From Spirochaetaceae bacterium (GTDB taxonomy: Bacteria; Spirochaetota; Spirochaetia; DSM-2461): a stretch of DNA of 64,000 nucleotides. Within the stretch, counting starts at the first letter, position 1. The number at the start of each line of letters is the position of its first letter. The notes beneath the pieces are model-generated. The model did no database searches. It had not been told where the DNA came from and saw nothing but the letters and a program-made list of their open reading frames with translations. The stretch covers positions 1,696,001-1,760,000 of the forward strand of contig OZ245056.1 of assembly GCA_965224705.1 (NCBI GenBank), read 5' to 3'. A program made the translations under genes and the position numbers. Positions 60,243 through 64,000 of this stretch are shown in pieces.

Positions 60243-61195
60243 AATCGAAAAATCTTTTACAGAAAACCGGATTCCTGCTCCTGGTCCTGCTGATTGTCCT
60301 TTTTGCCCTGTTCCCTTTTTTGCAGATGCTCTCCATGTCCCTGAAATACCAGTGGGACTGGGGTAATCCCTCGCTTATACCAACCCAGATAAATACGGAA
60401 GCCTACAAGGAGTTGTTGAACATTGGCCAGGAAATGAAAAATGTCCCGGAATCGGTGCGTATTCTTCTGGAAGAATCCGATCTGACCAAAGAGCAGCGCA
60501 ATACCATTCTTGCTAAATACCAGAATTCCAGCGATGTGTTCCCCTTTCTTCGGTATTTCCGCAATTCGCTGCTGCTGTCCTGCATGGCGGCCGTGCTGTC
60601 GGTTGTGCTTGCCGTCTTTGGGGCCTATTCATTCAGCCGTCTGCAATACCGGGGCCGGGCACTTATACAGCGGGGAGTGCTTTTTGTCTACATGATAGGA
60701 GGCATTCTTCTTCTTATCCCCTTATACCGTATTGCTGTTGCCCTGGGGCTGCTGGCAACACCGGCGGGCACATTTCTGGCCCTTCTGGTCATCTACCTGG
60801 TTCAAACCCTGCCGGTGTCCCTGTACATGCTGGGCAACTTCTTCCGGACAATCCCTTTTTCCATAGAGGAATCCGCCCTTATCGAGGGAGTATCCCGCCT
60901 GGGCATTGTCTGGCGCATAATTGTTCCGCTGTCCATCTCGGCCATTGTTACCGTGTTTATCTACGCCTTCATGATAGCCTGGAATGAGTATCTTTTTGCT
61001 TCGGTTTTTCTTAAAGGATACAAGGAGTTGTACACCCTGCCCATCGGTCTGCGGACCCTGTTTTTCTCAAAGAATGCCATCTGGGACCGCATTATGGCCG
61101 GTTCCATGCTGACCGCCATGCCGGTGGTCGTTCTGTTTATGTTCATCCAGAAAAATCTTGTTGGCGGCATGGCCGAGGGCGGGGTTAAGGAATAG
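60236..61195 (+). CDS. Carbohydrate ABC permease (YcjP-like)
   Basis: YFRNSL, EAA loop IEESALIEG, AWNEYLFA and TLPIG motifs. Confidence 0.88.
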   Translation: MVKSKNLLQKTGFLLLVLLIVLFALFPFLQMLSMSLKYQWDWGNPSLIPTQINTEAYKELLNIGQEMKNVPESVRILLEESDLTKEQRNTILAKYQNSSDVFPFLRYFRNSLLLSCMAAVLSVVLAVFGAYSFSRLQYRGRALIQRGVLFVYMIGGILLLIPLYRIAVALGLLATPAGTFLALLVIYLVQTLPVSLYMLGNFFRTIPFSIEESALIEGVSRLGIVWRIIVPLSISAIVTVFIYAFMIAWNEYLFASVFLKGYKELYTLPIGLRTLFFSKNAIWDRIMAGSMLTAMPVVVLFMFIQKNLVGGMAEGGVKE

Positions 61196-62702
61196 GCTTA
61201 TCAGGCATTGTCCCGTTCGAGTACGGTGTTCTATAGAACGGTGCCAGGCGGTCTCCCCACTGCTTATAGTGCGCATAAGCACCTTTATACAATTCTGACC
61301 GGGCGGCATCCGGCTTACAGGCGGATGCGTCATCTAAAACCACATGTTCATCCGTCAACGAAAACAAAGTCTTCTCGCCCCCGCCGTGCAGCATCCACAA
61401 AGCTTGCAGGGCGGCCCCGAACGCCGCCGATTCCGGCTGGCGAGGTATCAAAACCGGCAAATCCAGTACATCGGCGGCCATCTGCCGCCAGAGCTTACTT
61501 CTGGCACCGCCGCCAATCAGGCGGATTTCCGTCACCTTGAATCCCAGTTCCCGAAAGCGGTCCAGGCCAGTTTTCAGCCCGAACACCGCCGATTCCATAG
61601 AAGCGCGGATTATGTTGGCACGCTTAAAATTCAGAGAATTCAATCCCATAATACTGCCTCGGGCATGGGGAAGATTGGGTACTCTTTCGCCATTGAAAAA
61701 CGGCAGCATGCAAACTCCTTCCGCACCAATCGGCGCCCCGGATCCCGCTTCATTGATTTCCTCCAGGCTCATCTTCAGGAAGTCTCGGGTAAGTTCTGAT
61801 GCGACTGTACAGTTCATTGTGCATAGCAGGGGCAGCCAGCTATTGCTGGAAGAGCAGAATGCGGCAAGAATACCATCTTCATCAACAATCGGCTTGTCAC
61901 TGCATCCATAGAGGGTGCCGCTTGTGCCCAGGCTCATCGTCATTACCCCATTCCGTACTGCGCCGGTACCAATGGCTCCCATCATATTATCGCCGCCGCC
62001 GCTGGATACCGGTGTCTGCTCAGGCAGCCCGGTAAGGGCTGCCGCCTGTTTCGATATCCTGCCCATCACCGCATCCGGCGGAATAAGACGGGGCAGCTTG
62101 TCCGGCAGGGCATCGTCTATGCAGCGGATAAGCTCTTTATGCCAAACCCTGCCGCGGATATCCAGCAAGGCGGTACCCGAAGCATCGCCATATTCCATAG
62201 CCGCCTCGCCGGTAAGCCAGAAGTTCAAATAATCATGAGGAAGAAGGACCCAGCGCATCTGCTCAAACAATTCCGGATGACGTTTTTTTAACCAGAGAAT
62301 CTTACTGGCAGTGAAACCGGGAGCAATGAGATTGCCTACTTCGGACAGGAGCTTTTCCCTGCCGCCGAACTTTGCGGTTAACTCATTGCACTCCGCCGCA
62401 GTGGATGTATCGCACCATAGTTTTACCCTGTGGAGAGGATTGCCCTGTTCGTCGATGGGAACAAAACCATGCTGCTGACCGGAAACCCCCACTGCCTTCA
62501 CCCGGGAGCGAATCTCCGGATCAACCCGATCCATACAGGATTTCAATGCGTCAGTCCACCACTCTGCTCTCTGCTCACGGCAGCCATCATTCCCGGATAT
62601 AAGTTCGTGATTGGCGGATGCCATAGCCGCTATTTCCCGTTTTTCAGGATCGTAAAAGAGTACTTTTGTACTTTGAGTGCCGTTGTCTATGCCGAGTATC
62701 AT
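61185..62702 (-). CDS. xylB: Xylulokinase (FGGY kinase)
   Basis: GIDNGTQS, SGQQHG, LWCD, GDASGT, GGGDN, SLGTSG and NGERVP motifs. Confidence 0.82.
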   Translation of the reverse strand: MILGIDNGTQSTKVLFYDPEKREIAAMASANHELISGNDGCREQRAEWWTDALKSCMDRVDPEIRSRVKAVGVSGQQHGFVPIDEQGNPLHRVKLWCDTSTAAECNELTAKFGGREKLLSEVGNLIAPGFTASKILWLKKRHPELFEQMRWVLLPHDYLNFWLTGEAAMEYGDASGTALLDIRGRVWHKELIRCIDDALPDKLPRLIPPDAVMGRISKQAAALTGLPEQTPVSSGGGDNMMGAIGTGAVRNGVMTMSLGTSGTLYGCSDKPIVDEDGILAAFCSSSNSWLPLLCTMNCTVASELTRDFLKMSLEEINEAGSGAPIGAEGVCMLPFFNGERVPNLPHARGSIMGLNSLNFKRANIIRASMESAVFGLKTGLDRFRELGFKVTEIRLIGGGARSKLWRQMAADVLDLPVLIPRQPESAAFGAALQALWMLHGGGEKTLFSLTDEHVVLDDASACKPDAARSELYKGAYAHYKQWGDRLAPFYRTPYSNGTMPDKPIP

Positions 62703-62713
62703 TGCCTGGTCCT

Positions 62714-63601
62714 CTACAAATGGGAACTGCAGTGAACAACGGAACTTTTAGTGTTCGCCAGTACGTCTTCATCCGTCATCTCAAAAGGATAGAAAACTTC
62801 CAGAAAAACCGGAACATTGTTTAAATTGTACTGCTTCATTTGTTTGCCGAACTGCTCCACGTCAAACAGTCCGCGCTTATCCGGCCAGCCCCAGTGGGAA
62901 TCACTTTGAAAATCGGTATTTTGAATATGAAGCGCACCGATATGTTTCTCCAGTTTTTCAAACCATTCCGTCATCGCTGCCGAATCACCATACAGCGGAC
63001 GGTAGAGGGCATGGCCTATGTCGAGAAGAAAACGGATAGGAATCGCCGTATTACTGAGATCTTTGACCATGGTTAAGGTCTGTTCAATTGTGTGAGGGAA
63101 TTCCCGCTTCAACGGTGTCGGCTCCAGGAGAATCTCCTTCAAACCAGATTTTTTGGCGCACTCGCAGAGGGTATGGAGAAAGTCAATCTGCTCCTTATAC
63201 AACTGACTGGTTTTCCCGGCATCGTTCGCGGCAGCCCAGCTTAATCCACCCAGCGGACCGCCTATAATGCTTACTTCCAGTTCCTCCGCCAGATCAACAG
63301 CGTTCATCCACCATGTTTTTGAGCTTTGTCTCGCCTCTGCGGAGGGATGCATCAAACCATTGTAGGTGTAATAAGCCAGGCCGGCAAATGCACTGTGGAT
63401 AACTATTTCCCGCTGCCTGCAGATTTTATTTGTTGCCGTGGCAAGTTTCCTCCTTTCCGATTGGGGCCACCAGGGATCGATAATATCAAAAGTGAACTGA
63501 ACATGCTTAACTCCCATTTCATCGGCTATCAGCCTGGTCCACTCTTCCGGTTCCGGCCAGCGTTTTACCGCAAAGCTCAAACTTAACCCAAACATAATCA
63601 A
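62714..63601 (-). CDS. Sugar-phosphate isomerase/epimerase (TIM barrel, EryC-like)
   Basis: FAVKRWPEP, LLEP..REFP, LDIGHA, HIQNTD..SHW and FLEV metal-binding motifs. Confidence 0.75.
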   Translation of the reverse strand: MIMFGLSLSFAVKRWPEPEEWTRLIADEMGVKHVQFTFDIIDPWWPQSERRKLATATNKICRQREIVIHSAFAGLAYYTYNGLMHPSAEARQSSKTWWMNAVDLAEELEVSIIGGPLGGLSWAAANDAGKTSQLYKEQIDFLHTLCECAKKSGLKEILLEPTPLKREFPHTIEQTLTMVKDLSNTAIPIRFLLDIGHALYRPLYGDSAAMTEWFEKLEKHIGALHIQNTDFQSDSHWGWPDKRGLFDVEQFGKQMKQYNLNNVPVFLEVFYPFEMTDEDVLANTKSSVVHCSSHL

Positions 63602-63616
63602 CCTCCTGTGGGTGAC

Positions 63617-64000
63617 TTATTCCAGATTTGTGTGCCGTGAACGCATTTCTTCCGGACTCTGTCCGGTCTTTTCCCGCAGCATTATTGAAATTATATCGAA
63701 AAAGACAATCTGAACAATTTCATACAGGCTGCCCATTGGCAGAATGCTTTGGCCACCGCTTTTATCATCAGCCATGGTTTGTGCCGGTAAGCAGACAACG
63801 GTATCTGCCTGTTTTGGTACATCGCCATCGGACTGTGCCGTTACCGCCATCACCCGGGATCCAGCCTTCTGGGCTGTACCGGCAAGGGCTGAAACGGTGG
63901 AAAAATATCCCGGTCCCGCGCTGACAATCAGCAAATCCCCTTTCCCCAGAGGGGGAGTGGTCATGTCGCCTGTTACATGGGCATCCAACCCCAGATGCAT
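63617..64000 (-). CDS. SIS-domain protein, 6-phospho-3-hexuloisomerase-like (5' truncated by window edge)
   Basis: [25 protein letters not shown] and terminal RHTNLE motifs. Confidence 0.8.
   Translation of the reverse strand: MHLGLDAHVTGDMTTPPLGKGDLLIVSAGPGYFSTVSALAGTAQKAGSRVMAVTAQSDGDVPKQADTVVCLPAQTMADDKSGGQSILPMGSLYEIVQIVFFDIISIMLREKTGQSPEEMRSRHTNLE

Overview
Bacterial chromosomal window, probably from a spirochaete (inferred from the lipoprotein signal peptides and gene set, not proven). Housekeeping and metabolic genes: TolC-like protein, DUF3179, EamA, rbsDACB, ribokinase, long-chain acyl-CoA ligase, glnS, a RidA/YheO/PatB cluster facing a LIV-type ABC operon, an M16 peptidase, a sugar ABC transporter and an xylB cluster. 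These are interspersed with many miniature mobile elements and pseudogene fragments. Three features stand out. (1) Two tandem arrays (4 + 2 intact copies, each array preceded by a 3'-only remnant) of AAA-ATPase/PD-(D/E)XK nuclease genes, separated by conserved structured spacers. The four copies at 20.8-28.4 kb are block mosaics that show all three possible pairings, which points to segmental shuffling. (2) A decayed integron-like locus: a tyrosine recombinase remnant in the same orientation as two AT-rich cassettes with attC-like sites and ~19-21 bp complementary cassette ends. (3) A ~2400-aa Ig/FN3/Pmp-repeat surface lipoprotein. A ~161-bp MITE family with 4-bp target duplications occurs about nine times, whole or partial. 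No rRNA, tRNA, CRISPR array or reverse transcriptase was recognised.
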